Assembly: GCA_051362555.1 (NCBI GenBank)
Contig: CM120648.1
Span: 2,519,721-2,583,720, forward strand
Direction: 5' to 3'
From: Lingula anatina
Lineage: Eukaryota; Animalia; Brachiopoda
Length of the DNA: 64,000 nucleotides
Every line of letters begins with the position of its first letter. The first letter of the stretch is position 1. The position numbers and the translations under genes were made by a program. Positions 23,507 to 36,439 of this stretch are shown here, piece after piece. The notes beneath the pieces were generated by a model. That model made no database searches. It had not been told where the DNA came from and worked only from the letters and a program-made list of their open reading frames with translations.

Positions 23507-24786
23507 AATTTAATAATCGTTAAATGATTACATAGGGCACAGGGCTGATGGGTTGCTTGGGTTTGGTTCGGTTTTTCTTGCCAAATTGCGATCCATTTTC
23601 TCCCTGGTTCTACCATTGAAGTGCACAAAAGGAGAACTTATCAAAATAACAACTAAAGATAAACAGCAAAATGCGTTCCTGAAACTTCCCTACCCTTTGA
23701 CCGCAGGGTCCGCTAGTAGTTTCTTTCACAATTATTGTATTGGCATTTTATTTTCTATACTATTTCAAAGGTCCATGATACCAAAGGGTAAAACTTTCCT
23801 TTCAGCTGCCCATTGCCAAATTTTAAAGCACTTACGGACAAAAACAGCATATTGATTGTATATGTCAGGTATTGATGTAAAAATATACCCAAATTGCCCA
23901 AATGCATAAAGCTAAGGAAGAACATTTGTTTTTTATTTTTTTTTATCTCGATTCTTGAATTTCTTCGACTAAATCTTGTGCAGTAAGCCTTGCCCTCAAA
24001 TACCATTGCCAAGATAAGTATTGTTTCATATCACATAATTACATAAACTGCACAAAAAAAGACCGACAAGCCTTTGTATTCTCCGAGAATCCAACACCTG
24101 TTTGTGAGATAATGCGTGCGACTGGTAACATACCAGGTGTCGAACAAATACCGGCAAATATCCCCCCGACACAGCGTCTTCCTCCAGGCTAATAAGAAAC
24201 AATTGCTACGTCGATAGCTCGTCACGAGCGCGGTAGACTGGGTACATTAGAGAACAAATTAATTGCTTTTAAGTGTAGTTCTCCTCAAAGGGGTGGCAAA
24301 CATACATGTACGTCATTACATTTAACCTGGTCCTGGTTGACTGGTTGGTAAACCCGACAAATAAAAAAGGATTTTAACAATACATTTTTCAATTAAGCCC
24401 CGTCTGTATAATACAGAAAGCGATTTGTCGATTTTTTAAAGTATATAGTTTAGCGCAGCTTATACGCTAGGGGCATATGAGAACAGTCTACTGGCACATT
24501 ATAGACATAAATACCATTTATTATACAATAAGTAATAAAACGAAGTAATGTATAAAACTACATGTAGCTGTGCAAACATTATGGCAGTGCCAACAGTTAT
24601 AAATATCGGGTTATGTTGTATTCAGCACGGTTTATTTCAACAAAACGCAACAAATCCACAAGTGCAAGTATGTGGTATTGTTCAGGTCAAAAAATCTTGA
24701 CATCCTTAATAGTGACACATAGGCCGTAGTGCCATGGTACATGTACATATTATCTCATTAACCCAGTTATTGCCTAATACATGTAA

Positions 24787-25023
24787 AGCCCCGTTCCCAT
24801 GAAACAATCGGTCTAAGTGGATCGACCCAGCTCAGGGGGACTTTCGCTTAATGTTATTATTTCAAAAGATTAACAAGCCTGGATACATAAAAGCTGGTGA
24901 TGATAAGAGTACGTCGGAAACAAAAGAAGGCGTGTCATTCAATTAAAGTGACTGCACTCAGGTGGAGTCTCTGCAGAATTAGGTCGATCCACGTAGGCCG
25001 ATGATGTTAACGGGAATGCTTTT
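24787..25023. mobile_element. MITE subfamily A2, degenerate
   Basis: Left AGCCCCGTTCCCATG..GTGGATCGACC; right GGTCGATCCACGTAG..CGGGAATGC. The right arm's reverse complement matches the 16818 and 52387 arms. Confidence 0.7.
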
Positions 25024-28000
25024 TTTTAGATTTTCCTTGTCATTATCTTGCAAAGACAGCAGAGAGGACATTCCATCACTGTCACCGGCGCCTTTTAATT
25101 CCTCTCCACGGGGACACTCGCCAAGTTTCTTCTGTAAAACAGAATTATTCAAACAGTGAAAAGTCTTGATGGAGGTGCAAGGTTTCTTGCCAAAGAGCTG
25201 AAAGAGGCTTTCTCGATCGAAAAGGTGTGATACTGGTATATACAATTAAGTATACTGGAAAGGCAACAAAACTTTATGAGTGTATACACTGATCTACGTA
25301 ATTTAAATCTGAAACTATACGGGAACCATTTAGCAAAGAGATTCCACACGAAATGTTTTTTTTTCAACGAGGATCTGGGGCAGGGTCTGGTTAAAGCTCA
25401 AACCTACAGTACGGGTATCTCCCCCGTACAGTTAACGTAAAAAAAGAATTCACAAATCTTTGGGTTTGATGTCAATTGCATTGGCATCGATTTGTTTGTG
25501 TACAACAAAAACTTCATCAATCAAAGGAGTAAAGCACCGTGAGTAAATGATTCAGTGGGAAATGAACCGTGACGTGATGGTCAATATGTAGGGCTTCTCT
25601 CTGAGCAGTTAAAATAAGACATACTGTACGAGACATGCTGGGTATATTGATAGTGTCCAACCGGGGCCCATGGTGCCTAAAAAGCGTCATTGTGGATGGT
25701 CCATCAATCCAACTTAGGCCCTAGTAGTCCAAAATGTGCGATAAGATAACAAAACCCATTGCTTCTGGTACATGTAGTTCCTGTCGTCAATAATCAAAAC
25801 AAATGGAAAAAGGATTTTTTTTTTTGCAGTATTTCAGTTAATGTTATTCAGTACGAAAGATATTTCGTCAATATGAGTTTTGTAAGCAGAACATGGCATG
25901 AGACAGAGACAACCTTTGGAGCCATCAATTGCCACCCAGAGCCGGTGCTACAGACCGAGGGTAACCTTGACCTTCCGTTCACGCACCTGTAATATCGTTA
26001 AATCTGTTCTCTTTTATGCTACGGTAAAGCCGAGAGGTGGTGAGATTCATCTTATTAAGGTTATTTCCCACGTGGTTAAGAAACTGCGTGTGATTTTCAT
26101 TGCTATCTATTAATTTTATCCAACCTCCGGGTTCTCTCTGGCACATCCTGTAGTGCTTTGTGCTTGTAGAGCCGCTAATTCAAAAGCGCGGACCGTGTAG
26201 CTTCTACAATGTTGAAAACGCTAAATTCATTTATTCCATTTAGGACAGTATAACGAGGATCAGGACGGGAGCACAGTGTTTGATATTACCGTCGAACTCA
26301 ATTGCCAGTCGAACATATGTTGTCCTCAGTTCGGGGCAAGTTGTCGAAGGTGAAGGTCAAACGGCCAGTTTATGACAGAAAACTCATGCGGGATAAGAAC
26401 ATATTATGTCCAAGTCATATGCATGCGAGGAAGCCAGTTATCGACCATCTGAAATACAGCGAGATTTCAATTACTACAATCTTAAAATCTTATTTAACAT
26501 TTTACGAATCGAAAGATAAACTAATCAGCATTCGTTGGCGCTGCATATGCTGACATTATGTATTTTGATACGATTTTTAGATCTTTTCATGAACTTACAT
26601 GTACATGTACACTGTACTTGTATACACATTATTAACTGCATAGTTATCTAATTATCTCCAAACTGCATGAAAATTTAATTAACACCAAACTCTATTAGTG
26701 AATGTTTGCTCTAGTTTGTAGTTCTGTACGGTCTCAACATACTAGTACATGAAGGACCCGTTGTCTGTGTATACCACGTGACCGGAAGGGGCAGAAACCA
26801 ATTATATCTTTAAAATGCTCCCATGGCTTCCACGCTTGTAACATGGCCGGGGAGATGGGTAGCGAACTGTAGCAGACAGAGGGACTGAGCGAGCGTTTCT
26901 ATCACATTCCAATCGATTTTTTACATCTTAATTTGATGTTTTCTTCTTCGCCGGAACTCATCATTGTACGCCATTACGGCGTTTCGTTTCTGGTGCTTAA
27001 CTTTCTGTTTTCTTGTTTGGGCGACTGAACTTGGAGATGCCACGAAGAGCATTAAAGATATTCAGAGAAAAACACAAGAAAACAGACGAAAAGAATTCAA
27101 ACATCAATCAATATTTTATTCAGCGTCACTTTTGTTGACAGTAACATGCATTGTTTTTAATCAAATCTCTGGAAACATATCCCGGTTGTGGCAGATAAAG
27201 TAATGCTATTATATAAGCGATAATAGCTGCCTTTGCAACATTAGGACAAAAACGTACTTTGTTTAAAAAGGAATTTTGAAGGATTTGAATACAAGGTCAA
27301 TTTTATGTCTGGTTACGACCGACAGGAAAATTGAAGAAACTGTCCTCATCTTCATGCCCTCAATACAAAGACGTAAACTCCTACCCCTCTTCAGCCACTA
27401 ACAGTGGAAAGGGTGTATCCTACATATGATACATGTATGTAGCATACTGGGCCTTTAACTTAAATTACAACTTAATCGGTCAAGATGTAGTATTTCTAGA
27501 GAGTTTTAATAATCGAAACGATTTTGACCTTTAGATACACTGTCATTGCCACCCGAAACCTGTCAAAGTGACCAGGTTGTGTGTAAAATTAGTGGTCATT
27601 TGAACCCTTTGGCCTTCTCATATTCTTCATACACATATTCTTCATGTGAAGCTACCTCAGTGTGAGCAACAGGAATTATTTTCTGGGAGATTGATGAATT
27701 GGCCGTACGTTCAGCATGTTTTGCAGGGACTGCGGTACTGGATATAGTTGGCTACATCTTATTAAGCTCACCAACTCGTTAGTGTAACCGACAGAGTAAT
27801 TTGTTCTATTTCTCTCGTTTTAATGTAGTTGTGTTAATGCAGTTGTTCTAATGCAGTTGTTGTAATGTGATAGGATTGTTGATGTAATCAAAATGAACAG
27901 TTGATGCCCCATTGACTACTCTCAGAGGACCAAAGACCGCATCGAAAGCAATTAGCAATGTGTTACATGTACTGCACGCCGAGAAAAGCCTCTTCCAATT

Positions 28001-31000
28001 TGTGACCGAGTTTTTTTTTTTCTAATTTCCTTTTTGTTTTGAAACTTGGTGTTTACGTGAGAGTCTCTTGGATGTCTCTTTTTTGTGAAACTTGATGTTA
28101 CAGGTGACGCCGAGAATCATCTCCTAATGGTGTCATTAGGATCTTCCTCAAGCATGTAGCTTCAGAAACATACACTGTTTAGTTTGACGCAACTCCCGTC
28201 AGTTCGGGGTGAGGTCATTTTGTGATGAGATTTCATTACAATTGTTCTTGGAATGTTTTTAAAGGCTGTGTTGTCTAGAAATGCGTTGTTCTACTTCTGA
28301 ATGTTGTTGGATCGCCTTACTATTTTGCCAAAGTGTGTGTTTCGATTCGTTCAGTTGTTTTTTAACTTACATAACGATGGAAATTAAATTAACTCTTGTA
28401 TACTAGACTTTACGTTTACAGATGACACGTGACACCGGTGACAACTCAACATGAATTTATCTGACGAAGACCTTGTGATAAGATCGAAACTTTGTGACCT
28501 CAGTTTCAATACGTAGGATCCAGTTCACGAGCAAGAGTCAATTTCATTGCCATCGTCCAGCTTTGTAATATGAAATGTAAAATCTATTGAACATTTTCAG
28601 TGGATTACAGACTTAAAATAAATTATTATCATTATTAATTCATTATTATTATTATTATTATATTTACTGTTGTTTACAATTGCTCATTCGTCTATAGCTA
28701 CAGGTAAAACCGACATTTTTGGAGTCTTTTTTCCAACCTGTTGATTCACTGACAGTATCACGAGAGTTTCAGTAAAGCGCCATTTTCATCTTTTGTATTG
28801 TAATGGGACGACCCAGGTGTTTCATAACAAATATGATAAACATCTCAAGTAAATATTTGGAAAATACCCATTTGCGTGGCACATGAATATCGCTTTCATT
28901 ATATTGTAATGGACTAAATGTGGCATTGTATTCACAGCGAGCGTTGAATATAATGGAAAAGAATGTGTGTATGCATGCATACATGGCAATGAAGTGTCTT
29001 TTACTGAAATATTTAGATAAAACACGTTTTAACAAGATACAGTGAGGTTAACAAAAAACGTGTAATCACATTATCTCCCTCTCTCTCCTAGTTATAAAAC
29101 CGGTTCTTGTCTGCGCTGATTATGCTTTTCCATGTAAAACTGGCTCTGGAAGGTGATTAATTCCATATATTTATGAAGTAATCGCGTGTTACATGTACAG
29201 TCACCAGCAGGTGCGCAGCAAGTAGCGGCTGCGTATCTTACTCTATTAGTTCGATTATCTAACTCTGAGAAACGTCTTCTTGTGCATGTCTCCTTGCATG
29301 GACTGACATTTCACAACACTTCAACAAAGGGATAAAAAATTAAAGGACAAAGGGGTCCATAAACATTCACAATTAAATCCGTTTTAAGAAATTAATAGTA
29401 AGTAAAAAGGAAAAGTAACTCAATGAGCTCTTTTATTTTGTTCCTTTACCTAAGATGATTAATACACCTTTGGATTGTGCCAACACTGTCCTCCTCTTCG
29501 AAACTGATGATGTAAGGCTGTAAATGAGGATGTAAGACAGCGTAGACTGCAGCCTAGTGCACACGTTAAATGGTATGACAAATAACGCAGCTAGTATGAG
29601 TAAATTTAAAGTGTTTCATATCTAGTCAACATATCAAGCTGGGGTTCAAAACGCCTTGCCTTTGATATTGAAACCCTTTTATGGGAGTAAAATTGGCAAA
29701 GTTAATGGGTCTCAACCGAGATATCCTTAAATACCTGACGATAGCGCGTGAGTTCGACAGAATTTAGTCAAGAGAGAACAATAGGAAAATATCTCTGGAT
29801 AAACTGAAGGTTTTTATTCATCGCTATCGCTAGAGTGACATTATTTTTCATTCAGTTTCTTCCAAATCCTGCAAAATCGCACTTGATTTTAAGCTTAATC
29901 ACCAAGCTTCGAACTTTTGTTTTCACACTGTCCTTGGACAATGTTCCCATTATACATCGACGCCCGTCAAATATCTGACATGGGCATCGATATTATCCCG
30001 GAAGTTTCTACTTCAGTCCAATTGAATCTACAATAATCCACCAAAATAAAGTAAATAATTTTTTGCAACATTAGCCATGTTTTTTTTCTTATAAAACAGA
30101 CGCGGTGTTTTATATAAGTTGACAACTACAATGTACTTTGTGGCCAAATAAACACGTTTTTTTCCTAAAAACTAAGATCAGATTTTTACATGTCAGACAG
30201 GCGTCTCGGCTAAAAATGAAGAAAAAAATAGCGAGCCACATGAAAAGATTTGAGAACATTTGTTTGTTGGTACGAAAATGGTGGTAATTTCTAAAAAGTA
30301 CATATTGCTTTAAGTAATTTGTTCAACCGCTGGGGAATGTTATGTATTTATTCATAAACGCCTCGTTAGACAGCCAGCGGAAAGAACCCGGAAGTCGTTT
30401 TCAAATTCATTAGCAGCTAAACATTCTTAACGAGTTGACCTGCGTCTCACAGGAGATTATAAATAATGACTTTGAATCATGCATGAGGGATTTTCGCGAG
30501 ACACTTTTATGTGTGGATACTTAAGCGTACATTAAGTCTTCATTTGTCGGGTCGGGGTTAAACTTGCCTGTACATTTGTTTAGATAAATGTACAAAGTTT
30601 GGTACATGTAACTTATAGGCCGGGTGTTGTATATATTTATTTCTCCACATGCCATATAAATACTACACATTTTTACAATTGCGATCTACATGTATACCTA
30701 TTTGTGCTTGTATAATTTACTGATTTAGTTTTACAACATTGCATGTTACTTTCATTAATTATAAAAGGCCGAGTGTACTGATATTTCCGTTCGACGAAGT
30801 TTAAAATAAGGTTTTACTGAAGGTTGTCCGGACTTTTCATTGTGATGATTAATTATATTATGAAAAATTAATGTACTGCTTAAGATTAAGTGTTTAACAT
30901 TAAGTGTTAAACATTAAGTGATGTTTTAGTGTTAGGTGTTGTTGAACTTTTTTTTGGAACAAAACAATAATAAATAAATGTATTAATGTGCATTAAGTTT

Positions 31001-32305
31001 ACTCCCATGCTTCGGTGCGAAGTGTAACTTTATTTAGTTCCTGATATGCATGCGTTAAGCGTGTTAAGAAATGTGATGTTTATTGTAAGTCCTGACTGTT
31101 AGTTAAATGTATCGTGTTGTTTATTGTGACTTTTGATTGTTTGTATACTACTTTGTGAGTCAACAAAAGATACATGTAACTATGTGCAGGTGAATCAAAA
31201 GAATTATTTTACTTGTGCCCCCCTTCCTAAGTCCTTAGATCTCGTCTCTACGTCCGAGCACTTAATTGACAAAATTCTGGTAAGTAACTGAAAAACACGT
31301 CTGAATTCTTATCACAGAACTGAACTCAATTTAATCACAACATCTACGGTCGATAGCTCAAATGAATAAATCGATAAGTTAATCAATGAGTAACTGACAT
31401 ATAACGTAATAATACGACAGATCATAGAATAGATAAATAAACCTTGTCTTTTTTTTCAAATTAACTTTGCATGTACGAAAATGAGATTATATGAATAATG
31501 GATGATTATACGACTATTGTATTTTGCAGAGACAGAGGGTTTTTCCTGTGTGTACAACGTATTGTCATGTTATCATTCGCAGGATAGGCGACAGCTTTCT
31601 GAAGAGGAGGCAACCTGGCATACAGTGTGTGTAATTAATCTTGTAGTGTTTGTCTTTGGTGCCTGTTTGCGTGAATGGGTGAAGGTGTCATTGTCTCTCA
31701 TTGTATGAAATAATTAAAAACTTGTCTAGACATCAAACCAAGCATCGCCACTACATTAATTGCTGTCATACATGTAATAGGCCATTGCGTCACTTAGGGA
31801 GTTATGAAAGGAACCGTTGGGACATATAATGAGAAAGCGAGCGATAACAGGACTTGCATCGATACACAAGTCGACCCCATGTTCTGGAGATATCTCGTTC
31901 AGTGATTCCCGGTGATGCAGGCATTAAGTGTGCCATTATATAGGGGCCTAAACATTACTGATCAATGCTTCTATTGGGAGGGAGGGGGGGGGGGGGGGTA
32001 ACGCCCCATGACCGGACCGATCGATTCCCGTATTGTTGGACGTTTTAACGCGTATGAATTATGGAGACAGCTGGGAGTTACCAGTATACTAGTATATGTC
32101 AGTTGAGATGAGAGCCTTTAGCAGTAATACAACACGTAGCATTGTACTTAATCTGGCCAAAGCAAGAATTGCTATTATATTATGTAAGATGCGCAGTGCG
32201 TTAGTTGATCTGGTACTAAGATTGTACAACAATAATGCATTGTTGTGTATCATTGTATTACACTACCGCAATGTTGTACAATCTAAGTTACAGCTCCACT
32301 ACCGC

Positions 32306-32417
32306 AATGTGGTATTTGATTATTTTTTTGTTCATTTTGCAATATAAAGATAAATAGATAAATGTGGTATTTGATTATTTTTTGTTCATTTTGCAAAATA
32401 AAGATAAATAGATAAAT
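32306..32417 (+). repeat. Tandem duplication, ~55 bp x2
   Basis: AATGTGGTATTTGATTATTTTTTGTTCATTTTGCAA(T/A)ATAAAGATAAATAGATA occurs twice. Confidence 0.9.
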
Positions 32418-34018
32418 AAGTACAAAAACAAATTGATAGCTAGATTATCTGATAAAGAGATAACAACCCAAAGTTTCGCCTAAAATGGGATTCACTATTC
32501 AAAGAAATTTGGAAAAATAAAGAATGAAATGAACTGTAATCAGCAATGGCTTCGTGACAGCTAGGGGGTTAAAAATGAAATTAAATCTATGAACAACTCC
32601 AATTCTTAATCGTGTAACCCGCCTACAGTTGGCAGTCTTGGTGCCTACATACTGTATGCAAGTACCGGTATCTAATCTGTGGATGGATCTACATGTGTTT
32701 CCTATCATTTTGGAAACCTACTGGAGTTGGAATCTAATCTTATAATTCCGTCTGTGTATAGAAATGCCGCTCCGGTTTGGCATCGAAACAGAGATGCTGG
32801 TATAATCATATTAGAGGAATATGAGGGGATTTGAATAATGGCGCAAGTGGCGCCATCTATAGTTTGTTCGAACACACTTTTTGCAACCGCCAATCGTTTG
32901 TTTTTATGGTTAATATAACCTGGTCAAACATTTATGGCACATGTAGCCTGAAGACAATTATTATTATTTTTTTTTTTTTGATATTTTTAATCGTTTTGTA
33001 TAGATGACATAGTGTATTCTTATCGTTTTTCTTGTTTTCTATAAACCCCATGCAACTTTGCATCATACCTTTTAACTTGTTAATATTTATAACTATCTTT
33101 TAATCACCTCTCCCAGTTTTTCTATTTGAATGAAAAATTCTATTACAGCCTACATATTATGCCATAATGTCTTCTGTAATTCACTTGTTTACCCCCCCCC
33201 CTTCCCCATCAAACACTCGCAATGGAAATAATAAAAGTACACACCACCCAGCGCAGATTTTATGTCCATGTGTTCATACTTCACTGCGTATCATACCCAA
33301 CATCATTCGACCGTTTTCCTCGAAATTAATCAAAGACCAAGTGCTATCAGTGACACCCACATAAAGACAACATTACATATCTTTTCTCAAACCAACTCAA
33401 CCTCGCGTCTGTGGTGCGTTCACAATGAATCTGTCGCCCTAGCCACTGAGCACTAACTACAAGGGGACGTGATGAATGCAATCAAATTTAAAAATTAACA
33501 CGCTGCCTCTTCTTTCCGACACACTTTTATAATCACCAGTTTTCTGTATTCTTCTCAAAAGAAAAAAAATATTTTTTCTGATAAACCGATTGCATACAAC
33601 CAGGGTCCCCGTGGGGTTAGTGCGCAGTAGCTGGTGCGATAGATTCATTGTAAACACACCCAACGACTTAAAACACAAGTGTACTTAAAGCATCTGCATT
33701 AAGACAATGCCCAGTGGGTGGTTAAGATTACATCCATACTCAGTATTTTAAAAGTCATCTGTAAGCAAGGATTTATGAGCTTCTATATCTATAATAACCA
33801 CCAGTCCCCAGGGGAGGATGATTGCGGTAAACACAAACCGCGATCTTTGTTCACTGCGACTTAAAGAGGTTTTTGGGGTTTGGGGTTTCAGGTCTCGGTG
33901 ATATACATGTATTCTCGATGGTCGTCAGCTAGACTAAACGTGGATCAAAAAAGTGGATACAGTTAATTTCAAGCGAAGTGATACTTCACTTCTCGACATA
34001 TATCTTGCACAGCGGCGA

Positions 34019-34198
34019 CCGGTGTGGCAGGAATGGTAGTCCTAGAAATGGAAATCCGGGGTCCAATATGATAAGTACAGGTTAGGGTTAGTTGGATTAT
34101 TGGGGTTAGTATATGGGACGAATTGAAGAATGTTACCTGTACAAAGTAATGGGGAACGGACTACAGTTCCTAGCGGACTACCATTCCTGTCACACCGG
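34019..34198. mobile_element. MITE with CCGGTGT termini and an internal telomere-like motif
   Basis: 24-bp TIR CCGGTGTGGCAGGAATGGTAGTCC / GGACTACCATTCCTGTCACACCGG; subterminal repeat GGACTAC; internal GGTTAGGGTTAG. Confidence 0.8.
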
Positions 34199-36360
34199 CA
34201 CGTTGGCCATGACGTAATTTGACAACTAGACAGCTGTTGCCTGTCTCACAGTGGATATATCTGGACAAATAATTTACTGTACTTCCAATTGGATCATACA
34301 CCTATCAATACTGTTAAACCTTTCCATTTTATCAATTTCAGCTCCCTCGGCACAACTTAATTGCCTCATATGGGTGATTTGAAGAAGCGCATCATGGTAT
34401 CATGCCCCGTTAACTTATAATGTTTATAACCATCTCATATGGTATATGCCACACAACACTAAACTACAATTCAGAACGTATATTATCATGCACTTTCAGG
34501 TCTACAATGTAAGTAATGGGTAATTACAGCTATTTTTTTTGCCATTTTAGTCCCTTTTTTGTAAGTTTCTTTTTCTTAAGTTTAAGAAATGGAAAAACGG
34601 AATGATACATGTGAGAATAAAATACGTTTATTAGTCTTTCCATCGTACTTCAAGTGAATAAACCTGCAGTTATTTACATAACGCATTGCATTGCCTCCTT
34701 AAAACCCCATGTACACACAAATCTCAGTAATGCTCTTAATAAGTATATCAAAATGCACTTAACAGACAGCATACACCATATATGCACTGCTTACCCCAAA
34801 GACCGTCCTGACCCGATACAAACACGTGATAAGGACACGGACCCCAAAGAGATCAGAAATTACCATACAAATGTCATCATGGTGATCTAGAGAACGAGTA
34901 ATTTAACGGTCCGGTAAGTATCAATTTATTAATGTCCTTGTTGTGTTGACTAGCTGTCACTGGGGGCGCCATATTAAGTGTGCTAATGAGTTCAGTCCAA
35001 TTAAACCGAAACCGCTTGTATCACAACATGAACGCAAGCAATTTAATGGACCAATAGGTATCATCATGCGGATGGCCTCGTTGGGTTGACGAATGGTCAC
35101 GTGGGACGCGTCACGTGTCTTGGTGCATTGCTTCGAAGATTCTTTTCAATATTCACAGATTTCAGGTTCACATATGGCACAAAGCGTGTGTGTATACGGC
35201 ATATATACTTGGAGGAAAGCGTCGCCTGACAGGGGCAATTTGAAACGCCAAACATTTATAATGCATTGCATAATTCTATCTCTGTTTCTTACGAATATAA
35301 GTCGGTACTTCCGTAACCGGCAGTGTGTATAATCGGGTAATTTCGATAATTTAAATATGTTACTAATAGGTACTGGTCAATTGTGATGGGAGTTCCAAGC
35401 CTGAGTATGAGTAGGGGCACTACAATAAACCTCGTGAGATTTAATTGGGACTTGTAGTTTATCGGAATCAATTAGACAGTTAGATCATGTTCTTGATTTA
35501 ACAGACTCCCCGGTGACCTGACTTACTTAGTACTGTTGGGACGTATTTTGATTACAAACATTACATTATCATTATTTTTTTCACGTTTTCACTAAGGTGC
35601 CTCGAGTGATTCATAACGAATGTTACTCGACAGAATCTGACACACGGATAAAGTTTAAACACGGGCTATTCTTAGAACCTGCATATGGTAACAATTGCCA
35701 CTGGAGGCATACTTTAAGTGTGGAGCCACTAGTGTAATTAAGTTATTAATGAATTACGCAAGTTCAAACAACAAAAGCACCTTACACTTAGGCCGAGTTA
35801 AAGGTTAACACGTGCCACGTGTTGGTGATCTGGGGTGGTGTTTATTAAAGAAAACGCAGAATTGTTAGAGAAAGAATGAAATATAGCCTGCTAACACATG
35901 GTATGCTGCTAAAATAACTGCCAGAAATTGATGACCTAAAGTTGAGTAAACAACTACATCGCCGTGGTTGAAAAGAAAAAAAGGCACCTCCCTAATGTGA
36001 GAATGATATCTTGTACGCGAAAAAATCAGAAGACCAGGTGTTATAGAATGAGTTGTACTCAGTAAAATATTTGAGCAAAGATAAATCAAAAGCGCCCGTA
36101 TTGGCGTTACATAGTATTTATTATGCACAGGGTAATGTAATATAACGGAATTCCAGTCTACACATTGGCAAGAATTTATTGGCATCAAGCCTGTCAAGGG
36201 AGATGCGCATGCCTCTGGATTATAAACTAATCAAATACTTGACATTGTCTATACATGGATTGGCGAAAAAAGTCGAAATAAATGTTGCGAAAAACGTCCT
36301 ATGTTCCTATGTTTGAAGTTGGCAAACATTGTTTTGCGACAATTCCATGTATGTAATGAT

Positions 36361-36439
36361 CAGAATACGCTGAAAATGTTCCATTTATAAAAGAGGATCC
36401 AGAATACTCTGAAAATATTTCATTTATAAAAGAGGATCC
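36361..36439 (+). repeat. Tandem duplication, ~39 bp x2
   Basis: CAGAATAC(G/T)CTGAAAAT..CATTTATAAAAGAGGATC occurs twice. Confidence 0.85.

Noticed and set aside
25137-25440. Plus-frame peptide SLDGGARFLAKELKEAFS faintly like a LINE RT DLxKAFD motif
   Set aside because: Catalytic Asp residues absent, in-frame stop and no downstream QG/YADD motifs.
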